Origin: an uncultured Erysipelotrichaceae bacterium
GTDB lineage: Bacteria > Bacillota_I > Bacilli_A > RFN20 > CAG-826
Assembly: GCA_902802365.1 (NCBI GenBank)
Contig: CADCLZ010000002.1
Coordinates: 1 to 50,973 of the forward strand
DNA: 50,973 nt
Direction: 5' to 3'
Shown: positions 9,455-17,904 of the stretch, in pieces
How positions within the stretch are numbered: the first letter of the stretch is position 1
Layout: every line of letters starts with the position of its first letter
Notes under the pieces: model-generated
Seen by the model: only the letters and a program-made list of their open reading frames with translations
What the model was told of the DNA's origin: nothing
Database searches by the model: none
Position numbers and translations under genes: made by a program

Positions 9455-10050
9455 TGAAAGATCTCGCCACCTTAACCACCCTCATCGATTCCTTCAGCAA
9501 GCTCCCCGGCGTCGGCGCGAAAACCGCCGAACGGATGGCTTACGCGGTTTTGGAGATGGATCAGGAGGACGCTTTGCAGTTCGCCGAAGCGATCAAAAAC
9601 GCCAAGAAGCTGGTCCATAAATGCCCGGTTTGCGGTTTATACGCCGAGAAGGACGTCTGTGACGTCTGCCTCGACCCAACCCGCGATCATACGACCTGCG
9701 TCGTGATCTCTTATCCGAAGGATGCCCTCGCTTTTGAGCGCCTCAACGAATTCCATGGCGTCTATCATGTCCTCGGGGGCGTGATCGCGCCCAGCAAGGG
9801 CTATGGGGCCGCCGAACTCGATATCGACCATTTATTGGAACGGATCGCTAATGAGGGGATCAAGGAGATCATCCTCGCCACCAATCCGACCTTAGAAGGC
9901 GAAACCACCGCCTTATTCATCGCCAAACTCCTCGAAGGGAAGCCGGTGACCGTCACGCGGTTAGGCTATGGTCTGCCGATGGGCGCCAGCTTGGATTACG
10001 CCGATTCTTTGACCCTTGAAAAAGCGTTGGAGGGAAGGAGAAAACTATGA
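9454..10050 (+). CDS. recR: Recombination protein RecR
   Basis: HhH segment LPGVGAKTAERMA, zinc finger CPVCGLY...CDVC, and a Toprim segment EIILATNPTLEGETTA. Confidence 0.95.
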   Translation: MKDLATLTTLIDSFSKLPGVGAKTAERMAYAVLEMDQEDALQFAEAIKNAKKLVHKCPVCGLYAEKDVCDVCLDPTRDHTTCVVISYPKDALAFERLNEFHGVYHVLGGVIAPSKGYGAAELDIDHLLERIANEGIKEIILATNPTLEGETTALFIAKLLEGKPVTVTRLGYGLPMGASLDYADSLTLEKALEGRRKL

Positions 10051-10667
10051 GCCTATTCATCACCTTTGAAGGCGGGGAAGGATCGGGGAAATCCTCGGTC
10101 ATGAAGATCGTCGCCGAACGCTTGGAGAAAGATGGCTATTCCATCGTCACTTCCCGTGAGCCCGGCGGAACGCCAATCGCCGAAGAGATCCGCGATGTCA
10201 TCCTCGATAAAAAGAACACCGCGATGGATCCGCGCACCGAAGCTTTGCTTTACGCGGCTTCAAGAAGGCAGCACCTCGTCGAGAAAGTCTGGCCCGCCCT
10301 CAAAGAGGGCAAGCTCGTCTTATGCGACCGCTATCTCGATAGCTCTTTGGCCTATCAAGGCGGGGCGCGGCATTTAGGGATCGATGAAGTCCTCTCCATC
10401 AATCTCTTCGCCACCGAAGGAAGCTATCCCGACCTCACTTTGCTTTTCGACATCGAGCCCGAACTGGGCTTAAAGCGCATCGCCGCCAACAAAGGCCGCG
10501 AGGTCAACCGCCTCGATTTGGAGAAACTCAGCTTCCACCACGCGGTCCGCGATGCTTTCCATACCCTTGCCAAACGCTACCCCGACCGCTACGTCGTGAT
10601 CGATGCCAGCCAAAATCTGGATGCGGTCGTCGAGGATGCTTATTCCGCGATCAAAAGCCGCCTATGA
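10047..10667 (+). CDS. tmk: Thymidylate kinase
   Basis: P-loop FITFEGGEGSGKSS and the DRY motif (CDRYLDSSLAYQG). Confidence 0.95.
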   Translation: MSLFITFEGGEGSGKSSVMKIVAERLEKDGYSIVTSREPGGTPIAEEIRDVILDKKNTAMDPRTEALLYAASRRQHLVEKVWPALKEGKLVLCDRYLDSSLAYQGGARHLGIDEVLSINLFATEGSYPDLTLLFDIEPELGLKRIAANKGREVNRLDLEKLSFHHAVRDAFHTLAKRYPDRYVVIDASQNLDAVVEDAYSAIKSRL

Positions 10668-11653
10668 GAATCAAAGGATACGTCGAGAATAAACAGCCGA
10701 TCCTTTATCGGACGTTTTCCGGCGCCCTCGAAAAAGGGGTGGTCACCCACTCTTATCTCCTTTTAGGCGAAGCGGGCATCCCGTTGAAAGAAGTCGCCCT
10801 CTATTTGGCGAAATCCTTGCTTTGCGATCACCCCCATCCGCTTGCGGATGAAGAATGCGTCTATTGCCAAAGGATCGAAAACGGGGACTATCCCGATTTG
10901 GTGATCCTCGATGGCGAAAACCAATCGATTAAAAAAGATGACGTCCTCGATTTGGTCAGCGATTTCCAAAAGACCCCATTAGAAAAGAAGGGGATCATGA
11001 TCTATATCGTGAACCTCGTCGAGAATATGACCGTCGAAGCGGTCAACTCTTTGCTCAAGTTCCTGGAGGAGCCGACCCCGAACACCTATGCGATCCTGAC
11101 CAGCCAAAACGAGGCCAAGGTCCTCCCGACCATCGTCTCGCGCTGCCAAAGCATCCGGCTGCGCCTTTCCCCGATCTACGAAGTCATCCAGGAAGCGATT
11201 GAGCTTGGGGTCGCCCAAGATGACGCTGAGATCCTCGCCAATTTCTATAACGATGGGTCGCTGGTGAAAGAACAGGCGCAAAACGCCGCTTATCAAAGCG
11301 CCAAGAAAAGCGCGGATGCCTTCTTCGATGCCTTAAACCAGGGCTTCGATTATGGCCGCTACATCATGGAAAAGGCCATCACCCCCGTCATCAGCGCCCG
11401 CGAAGCCGGAAAAAGCGGAGCGCGTTTCTTCTTCGATGTCCTCGTTTTGTTTTTCCAGGATATCTGCCGAAAGAAAGTTGGGGATGAGATTAAACTCACA
11501 TCGTATGCTAAACTAATCGACGACCTCGCGAACAAATTGCCGCATCCTGAGCAGTCTCTGCTCAAGATCATGACCGCGCGGGGCGACATTGACCGGAATG
11601 TTAACATGGGTCTATTGCTGATCCATGTTGCCAATATCATCACCAAGGAGTGA
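10664..11653 (+). CDS. holB: DNA polymerase III delta-prime subunit
   Basis: AAA+-like clamp-loader fold with SRCQSI, and the conserved tmk-holB-ricT position. Confidence 0.85.
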   Translation: MRIKGYVENKQPILYRTFSGALEKGVVTHSYLLLGEAGIPLKEVALYLAKSLLCDHPHPLADEECVYCQRIENGDYPDLVILDGENQSIKKDDVLDLVSDFQKTPLEKKGIMIYIVNLVENMTVEAVNSLLKFLEEPTPNTYAILTSQNEAKVLPTIVSRCQSIRLRLSPIYEVIQEAIELGVAQDDAEILANFYNDGSLVKEQAQNAAYQSAKKSADAFFDALNQGFDYGRYIMEKAITPVISAREAGKSGARFFFDVLVLFFQDICRKKVGDEIKLTSYAKLIDDLANKLPHPEQSLLKIMTARGDIDRNVNMGLLLIHVANIITKE

Positions 11654-11657
11654 TCGC

Positions 11658-12809
11658 ATGGAAGAGAAAACTTATTTCGTCGGCGTTAAATTTCTAGGCA
11701 CCAGCAAGTCCTATTATTTTTCGACCGACATGGACGATCTGAAGATCGGCGACTATGTCGTCGTGGAGACGATCGCCGGATACGAGATGGGGAAGATCTC
11801 CACTCGTCTGATGGATACCGCGGATTATAAATCCTCGTTGGCGTTGAAGCCGATTCTACGCAAACCCACCAAGAGCGACCGCGACGATTACGCGTTCAAC
11901 CTCGCCGAAAGCAAGAAGGCGATTAAAATCGCCGAACGGGAAATCGCCAACCTCGGCCTCCCGATGAACCTTTTGGAAGCCAATTACACCTTAGACGGCA
12001 CGAAGGTCACCATCACCTACACCGCGGATTCCCGCGTCGATTTCCGTGAGCTGCTCCGCATTTTGGCTCCGCAGCTCCACTGCCGCATCGAATTGAGGCA
12101 GATCGCCCCGCGCGATAAGGCCAAGCTCGTCGGCGGGATCGGCTCCTGCGGATTGCCGCTATGCTGCTCGACCTTCCTCGATCAATTCGACGGCATTTCG
12201 ATCTCCCGGGCGAAGAATCAGATGCTCACCTTGAACATCCCGAAACTTTCCGGCGCCTGCGGGAAGCTGATTTGCTGTCTGCTTTATGAAGATGACATGT
12301 ATACCGAGGCGAAGAAGGAATTCCCGCGCTTAGGAACCGTCGTCCATCTCGATGACGGCGATTACACGGTGACCGGCATGAATATCCTCTCCAAGCAGAT
12401 CAAACTCTCTGGCGAGGCTTCGGTTCGTTTCCTTTCCCTCGAGGACACCCTCGATGCCATCAAAGGCATCAAACGCCCGAAGAAAAAGGTGGAAGATATG
12501 CCGCAGGCCACCTTCAAAAGCGACCTCGTCGCCGAAGAAAAAAGCCATGGTTTTGAGGATAACCGCAACGATCGGAACCAAAACCGCAACAACAACCAAC
12601 GCGGCAACGATCGGAATAGGAACCAACATCAAAACCATAACCAGAACCGGAACCAGAACAACCACAACCGGAACAACCAACGCAATAACAACCAGAATAA
12701 CCGCAACAACCAGCAAAACAGTGGCCAGGGTGGCCAGAACCATAACCGCAACCGCCACCGCCATGGCCATAACCGCCCGAACAATAACGAGAATAAGAAA
12801 CCGCAATGA
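11658..12809 (+). CDS. ricT: PSP1-domain protein RicT/YaaT with a roughly 84-aa Asn/Arg/Gln/His-rich C-terminal tail
   Basis: PSP1 core with a Cys cluster (GSCGLPLCCSTFL...GACGKLICCLLYE). Start at ATG 11658, behind AAGGAG at 11645-11650. Conserved holB-ricT-rsmI order. Confidence 0.85.
   Translation: MEEKTYFVGVKFLGTSKSYYFSTDMDDLKIGDYVVVETIAGYEMGKISTRLMDTADYKSSLALKPILRKPTKSDRDDYAFNLAESKKAIKIAEREIANLGLPMNLLEANYTLDGTKVTITYTADSRVDFRELLRILAPQLHCRIELRQIAPRDKAKLVGGIGSCGLPLCCSTFLDQFDGISISRAKNQMLTLNIPKLSGACGKLICCLLYEDDMYTEAKKEFPRLGTVVHLDDGDYTVTGMNILSKQIKLSGEASVRFLSLEDTLDAIKGIKRPKKKVEDMPQATFKSDLVAEEKSHGFEDNRNDRNQNRNNNQRGNDRNRNQHQNHNQNRNQNNHNRNNQRNNNQNNRNNQQNSGQGGQNHNRNRHRHGHNRPNNNENKKPQ
12555..12806 (+). 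repeat. Low-complexity coding tract (AAC/CGC/CAG/CAT-rich) encoding the N/R/Q/H tail of RicT
   Basis: Translation: EDNRNDRNQNRNNNQRGNDRNRNQHQNHNQNRNQNNHNRNNQRNNNQNNRNNQQNSGQGGQNHNRNRHRHGHNRPNNNENKKPQ. Confidence 0.9.
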
Positions 12810-13666
12810 ACCCGCGTGAGCTAAATTTCTCAGGGAACGCCCCGTTGCTCTATTTGATCGCCACCCCAATCGGGAATCTTGGCGAGCTTTCCCCGCGGGC
12901 GCTCAAGGTGATTGAGGAGATGGATTTCATCGCCGCTGAAGATACCCGCCACTCTGGCGAGCTCCTCGCCGGTTTCGGCCTGAAGAAAGCGATGATCTCC
13001 TGCCATGAGCATAACGAAGAAGAAGCCGCTTCGAAGATCATCGCCTTGCTTAAACAAGGAAAGAAGGTTGCCTATATGTCCGATGCCGGTTATCCAGCGA
13101 TTTCCGATCCTGGTGAGCGGCTGGTCCGCCGCGCGGTCAAAGAAGGCATCAAGGTCACGACCGTTTCCGGCGCCAACGCCGCCTTGAACGCTTTGGCTTC
13201 CTCGGGCTTAGCGAGCCGCCACTTCTATTTCCACGGCTTTTTGCCGGTGAAAGATGGCGACCGGAAAAAAGAGCTCTCCGCGCTTCTTCGCCATGAAGAA
13301 ACCCTCATCTTCTACGAAGCCCCCCACCGCATTGGAAAGACCCTGCGCGATCTTTATGAGGCGTTTGGGGACCGCAAGGCCACTCTTGCCCGGGAATTGA
13401 CCAAAACCCATGAAGAATTCATCCGCGGGAGCCTCCAAGAACTCTGCGCTCTTGATCCGGAAACCCTAAAAGGCGAGATGGTCATCGTGGTTGAGGGCTG
13501 CCAAGACAAGGGCCCAACCCTCAGCGAAGAAGAGATTCTCCAAGCGATGCAGGAAAAGATCGCCTCCGGAGCGAAAGCCAAAGACGCGGCGAAGGAAATC
13601 GCCGAGGAGCATGGCTTATCGAAGAATAAAATCTACGCCTTATATCTTTCTAAGAAAGAAGCTTAA
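12806..13666 (+). CDS. rsmI: 16S rRNA (cytidine1402-2'-O)-methyltransferase
   Basis: LYLIATPIGNLGELSPRAL...IAAEDTR...SDAGYPAISDPG is the tetrapyrrole-methylase-fold RsmI signature. ATGA overlap with ricT. Confidence 0.93.
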   Translation: MNPRELNFSGNAPLLYLIATPIGNLGELSPRALKVIEEMDFIAAEDTRHSGELLAGFGLKKAMISCHEHNEEEAASKIIALLKQGKKVAYMSDAGYPAISDPGERLVRRAVKEGIKVTTVSGANAALNALASSGLASRHFYFHGFLPVKDGDRKKELSALLRHEETLIFYEAPHRIGKTLRDLYEAFGDRKATLARELTKTHEEFIRGSLQELCALDPETLKGEMVIVVEGCQDKGPTLSEEEILQAMQEKIASGAKAKDAAKEIAEEHGLSKNKIYALYLSKKEA

Positions 13667-16600
13667 TCAGGCCGCTTGCCCAAAGCGGCCTCTTCTTTTG
13701 CCTTCTTATAGGCAAGCTCAATGCGGATATAGTCATAAGCCACATAGCTCAAATACAGGAAGAAGCCAACCGAAGAGATGGCGAGCGCGCCTTTTAGCTG
13801 CGGGGTTTCGTAAACCAATGAATAGCTTCTTTCGCCCGCGGGGGCAACAAAGCCAACGAAACCGCCGTCAACCCGATAGGTTTTCGTCTCTTCGCCATCG
13901 ACTTTGATCTTCCAACCTTCATCGTAGGCAAGTTGAGTAACCACCAATTGATCTTCGGAATAATAAGTCTTAAAGGTGAAGGAATCCCCATTTTTCGTTT
14001 TGACGTCATGGAGGAGATAATCGTCGGTTGGATCTTCCGGATCGTTTTGCCTGATGTAGGTGCTCCTGGCCTCTAAAGAATCGCCAAGGCTATTCGCTGA
14101 CGAATAAGCTTCGCGCCGTTCCTGCATATAAAGCCGGATTTGGCTGGTCGAGGGGAAATCTTGGAAATAGCCAGACGGGCCGTCGGTTTCGAAGACGACG
14201 TATTTGACCCTTCCTTCCGGATAGAAGCCGAAATAGCCGTGATACGAATTGGCATTGCCCGGCAGCGCATCAATCGCATGGAATTCAAACGCCAACAAGG
14301 CATCGGTCTTATCCAAAGTGCCATCTTCATGGAAAGTATCGCCGATCATGAAGATGCGGATCGGGTTGTCCTCGCCGTGGCTATTCCCGTAATACATCGT
14401 GAAATACGCCCCAGTAGGATCGGAGTTGAAATAGGTGCCTCCGGCAGGCTGCAAAACAACATGGCCGCTATCTTTGGGGATCCGGTAATAGCTCTTATTC
14501 TCGACCCGGAAGTCCTCGAGGTCTTGCGGGCTATAGTGATGGAGGAAATAACCGGGTCCTTCATCATAATGTTCGCCATGGACGAAGTAGCGGGAGCCAT
14601 CCTCGCGGTAAGCATAATCGAAGTCGAGGAACAGATCGGCATCTTCGGCGTCGGTGACGTAGATGCTGGTGCGGTATGGGGCTTGCCGATGATGCATCCT
14701 CAGCGAATCGGCCGTGCTGAATGGGGCTTCTTTTTTGATTTCGAAGCCCGCGGGAAGCTCCACCCCATCATCGAGGATCGCGCCGCTTAGCATGAAGTCT
14801 TCGTTGCGCATCACCTCTAAGCAACCGCCCACGCCGAAGTTGCTGGCATAGAAAGCGGTCTCCCATTCGGACCAAGGATATTCTTCGGCGCGCTGCAAAT
14901 AATAAAGCTGGTTCTTGTTGACCGCGTGCCCTAACTCGGGAAGATTCTCGTTTTGATAGATCTCGTAGCGATAGGAGAAGTCCTCGCTCTTCTCACTGAG
15001 GATCCTTTTGCTGCCAAACGGAACATTGTGGCCCTGGAACTCTCCATAGCCATCCATTCGGATCGCGTAATACTTCACGCCGAGCTGGGTATCGGTGGCA
15101 AAACGCTTGTTCTGATACCAGCCCGACCAGCTCGCGTTGTAATAATCCTGACCATAGCTATTGCCCGAAGACCCCCAAGAGGAGATATGCATCATCCGGC
15201 AATAATCCATGACGTGGAAGTTGGCCAAAGAATGGAAGGTGGAGGTTCCGTTATACCCGACGCCTTCCGCGTAGTTTTTCGTATCGTTCGGGGCATCGAA
15301 ATAAGTGCGGTAGAAAGCCTGATCCGCTTCTTCGATCGCCCGGTTCACCGCGATGGCCTGATTATGCCATTCCGGTCCGCCCAAGAACCACTCTAGGCCA
15401 TAAGAGCTGCCATAGGCAAAAGAAGCGTTGCCCATGACGATCGCCTCGACCGCCATCACCGCGAACAGCGGGATCTTCACCCATTTCTTGCGGTTGGCGA
15501 AGATCAGCAAAATCCCTTCCGCGGCAACCAAGGCGATTTGGTAATAGACGAACCACATCCTGGAATCCACGAAGCGGATCCAGCTTCCCCCGACGATCTC
15601 CCCGTTGGCGGAGGTCTCGCCCGCGGTCAGGTAGAAATGCGGCCAATAAGTCAAGCCGTTCTCATTCACAAAGACTTTGTCTTTGAACACCCAAACGGTG
15701 AGGAGATAAGTGAAGATCGTGCCAGCCAAAGTCAAAAGCGAGGCGGCCAGCATGAACCAATGCGGTTCGTTCTCGCGGTCATCGAACGCCCAGCAGCCGT
15801 AATAGATGATCACCGGGATCAAGACGAAGAACCAACGGCCATATCCGTTCCCGGAGAAGAGGAAGAAGAAATAGTAGGCCGAGGTGGTGAAAAGCAAAAA
15901 GGCGATCAAGGCGACGGCGATCAAATGGCTCCACTTCTTCCTGCGGATCGAGTTCATCAACGCGAGGAAGAAGAGGATGGCAAATAAGGTGTAGCAGAAG
16001 ATCGACGCCGTCCAAGCATCGTAATGATAATCCGCGCCGCCGATGGATCCCGGATAGGCCAACGGGAGATAAAGATAGTTGCAGGTCGGATAGAAGAACG
16101 AGATCAAAGCCATCATCTCGCGGCCAGGGTTCCCGCCGACCGGTTCAAAAATCAGATGGAAGAATTGGCCGATATCTGCCGACTTTAACGCGGCAAGGAC
16201 GGCATCGAGGTAGAAACGGCCGATTGAGACGGTTCTTCCCGAAAGGGAAGATTCTCTGACGGAGGGCAGCAGTACCCAGGCCGAGGTCATGATGCCGATC
16301 GCAAAAGCGGCGACCCCTAAGCCCATCACGAAGAGATTCTGCTTCCAGTTTCTGGTTTTAAGCGTCTGGAAGAAACGGAACAAGGCGTACATCACGCCGA
16401 AGACGCACATCGGAACAAGCAAGAAGAAGCAAGTGATGCCTTCAAAGAAGAGGCCCCAGACAAGATGGTGGATCTTCCGTTCGCGGATGACCTTTTCAAG
16501 CCCCCAAAGCACCAATGGCATATAAGTGACGGCCGAGACGAAGCTTGGGAAGCCGACCATGAAGTTCATGAACCCCGAGAAAGCGCAGGCGACCGCGCCT

Positions 16601-17136
16601 AAACGCGCCGTCCACTCCTGGATGCCCATGTACTTGAGATACCCGCGCATCAAAAGAGCGCAGGTGATTAGCTTGGCGAATGTCATCACCGCCGTCATCT
16701 GGGGAATCCAGCTGCGCGGGAAGAGGATCATCGCGATGACGAAGGGGTCAAATAGGCCATAATAGGCATTCGAACCGATATTATCGGTTCCAAGGAAGGT
16801 CTGATGGTCGTAAAGCTTAAAATGCCCGCTGGCGAAGAAGTCGTGCCAAGTATCCCAATAGTCATAGTAGAAGGGCACGTACTGAAGCTCGTAGTCCCAG
16901 CCATAAAGTTGGGTGAAATGATTGGTGAATAACGAATAAGCCGCCCAGCCGATCGATAAGATCAAAAGGAACAAGACGAAGTAGAAAAGCGATTGCGCGC
17001 TGAAAAGGAACGGAACGTGTTTCCGCAGCCAACCCTTCAATGGGCCGTCTGGTTTACGTATTTTGGAGCCCGAATTCGCGTCAATGGGTGCCTCGGATTC
17101 CTTGGCGACTACTATCTTCTCTTCTTCGACGGACAT
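13663..17136 (-). CDS. Very large YfhO-family polytopic membrane protein (putative extracytoplasmic glycosyl/polymer transferase), 1157 aa
   Basis: About 14 hydrophobic helices lie in the N-terminal half to two-thirds. A large Tyr/Trp/Gly/Asp-rich soluble region and one C-terminal TM helix (ALAISSVGFFLYLSYVAY) follow. This matches the YfhO family layout. The call rests on architecture only. Confidence 0.6.
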   Translation of the reverse strand: MSVEEEKIVVAKESEAPIDANSGSKIRKPDGPLKGWLRKHVPFLFSAQSLFYFVLFLLILSIGWAAYSLFTNHFTQLYGWDYELQYVPFYYDYWDTWHDFFASGHFKLYDHQTFLGTDNIGSNAYYGLFDPFVIAMILFPRSWIPQMTAVMTFAKLITCALLMRGYLKYMGIQEWTARLGAVACAFSGFMNFMVGFPSFVSAVTYMPLVLWGLEKVIRERKIHHLVWGLFFEGITCFFLLVPMCVFGVMYALFRFFQTLKTRNWKQNLFVMGLGVAAFAIGIMTSAWVLLPSVRESSLSGRTVSIGRFYLDAVLAALKSADIGQFFHLIFEPVGGNPGREMMALISFFYPTCNYLYLPLAYPGSIGGADYHYDAWTASIFCYTLFAILFFLALMNSIRRKKWSHLIAVALIAFLLFTTSAYYFFFLFSGNGYGRWFFVLIPVIIYYGCWAFDDRENEPHWFMLAASLLTLAGTIFTYLLTVWVFKDKVFVNENGLTYWPHFYLTAGETSANGEIVGGSWIRFVDSRMWFVYYQIALVAAEGILLIFANRKKWVKIPLFAVMAVEAIVMGNASFAYGSSYGLEWFLGGPEWHNQAIAVNRAIEEADQAFYRTYFDAPNDTKNYAEGVGYNGTSTFHSLANFHVMDYCRMMHISSWGSSGNSYGQDYYNASWSGWYQNKRFATDTQLGVKYYAIRMDGYGEFQGHNVPFGSKRILSEKSEDFSYRYEIYQNENLPELGHAVNKNQLYYLQRAEEYPWSEWETAFYASNFGVGGCLEVMRNEDFMLSGAILDDGVELPAGFEIKKEAPFSTADSLRMHHRQAPYRTSIYVTDAEDADLFLDFDYAYREDGSRYFVHGEHYDEGPGYFLHHYSPQDLEDFRVENKSYYRIPKDSGHVVLQPAGGTYFNSDPTGAYFTMYYGNSHGEDNPIRIFMIGDTFHEDGTLDKTDALLAFEFHAIDALPGNANSYHGYFGFYPEGRVKYVVFETDGPSGYFQDFPSTSQIRLYMQERREAYSSANSLGDSLEARSTYIRQNDPEDPTDDYLLHDVKTKNGDSFTFKTYYSEDQLVVTQLAYDEGWKIKVDGEETKTYRVDGGFVGFVAPAGERSYSLVYETPQLKGALAISSVGFFLYLSYVAYDYIRIELAYKKAKEEAALGKRPD
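13669..13699 (+). terminator. Rho-independent terminator of rsmI, embedded in the 3' end of the convergent yfhO-like gene
   Basis: A 9-bp stem aggccgctt/aaagcggcct with a 4-5 nt loop, followed by cttctttt. Confidence 0.6.
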
Positions 17137-17139
17137 TGA

Positions 17140-17904
17140 TTATTTTGCTGCTTCCCCATTATCGGCCAAGCCAACTACGTCATCGACCGGCATCGCGAAG
17201 ACGATCCCTTGGCCTTTGCTATCGATCCCAGCTTCCTTATTGATGTTCGACATCACGGTGTCAGAAAGCTCCGCGGGGATCAAAATCATGGCGATTTCCT
17301 TCTCCGGAGTGATGACGACCCCAAAGAACTTCTCAATATCTTTGTTGCCCGTGCCGCGGCCCTTGATGATCGTGCCGCCGCGGGCGCCACCGGCTCTAGC
17401 GGCATTCATGACCAAGTCCGAATAGCCGTTATTCACGATGGCGAAGACACAGACATACTCTCTCTTCACGGCGTTGGTTACAGTGTTCATAGCAAGGGCC
17501 TCCTTACGGTCTTTCTTTTTGACGATGCGGTCATATGTTTGCTTATTAGCAAGCATTTTATAGATGGAGACGCCGGCGATGGCGTTAATGGGAACGAAGA
17601 AGGAGACGCCGCGGGCATAGACCGAGACGCGGAAACGCTCCTCAAGTTCGTGGCGGAGCCCCCACCATTGGTCCTTGCGGAGGATCCCGAACAAGATGTG
17701 CTTCTGGCCGTCATCGATGCCGAGGGCTTCGTAGAATTCGCTGGGCGAGGTGCCGCGACCATGGGTGCGCACCACGATCGCGCACTCGTGCTTCTTGAGT
17801 CGCTCCTCGATCGCAGGGGCTTGACCCTGGCTTACGACCGTAACGGTCAGGCCGAGGCGGATCAACTCATGGTTCTCTTCATAAGGCGTGAAGAATTCGG
17901 CCAT
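17140..17904 (-). CDS. Tandem PII-like (GlnB-fold) domain protein
   Basis: There are two beta-alpha-beta-beta-alpha-beta modules. The second reads VCVFAIVNNGYSDLVMNAARAGGARGGTIIKGRGTG...EKEIAMILIP...GQGIVFAMPVDDVVGL, which is typical PII. The first is more divergent (LTVTVVSQGQAPAIEERLKK...VVRTHGRGT). TAATG overlap with the upstream membrane gene; SD GGAAGGAGG. Confidence 0.65.
   Translation of the reverse strand: MAEFFTPYEENHELIRLGLTVTVVSQGQAPAIEERLKKHECAIVVRTHGRGTSPSEFYEALGIDDGQKHILFGILRKDQWWGLRHELEERFRVSVYARGVSFFVPINAIAGVSIYKMLANKQTYDRIVKKKDRKEALAMNTVTNAVKREYVCVFAIVNNGYSDLVMNAARAGGARGGTIIKGRGTGNKDIEKFFGVVITPEKEIAMILIPAELSDTVMSNINKEAGIDSKGQGIVFAMPVDDVVGLADNGEAAK

Noticed and set aside
12330-12869. 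A minus-strand 179-aa ORF and a plus-strand 121-aa ORF (12454-12819) over the ricT 3' end.
   Set aside because: Both are products of the AAC/CGC/CAG low-complexity tract, which is stop-free in several frames. The ricT frame is continuous with a conserved PSP1 core and is coupled to rsmI.
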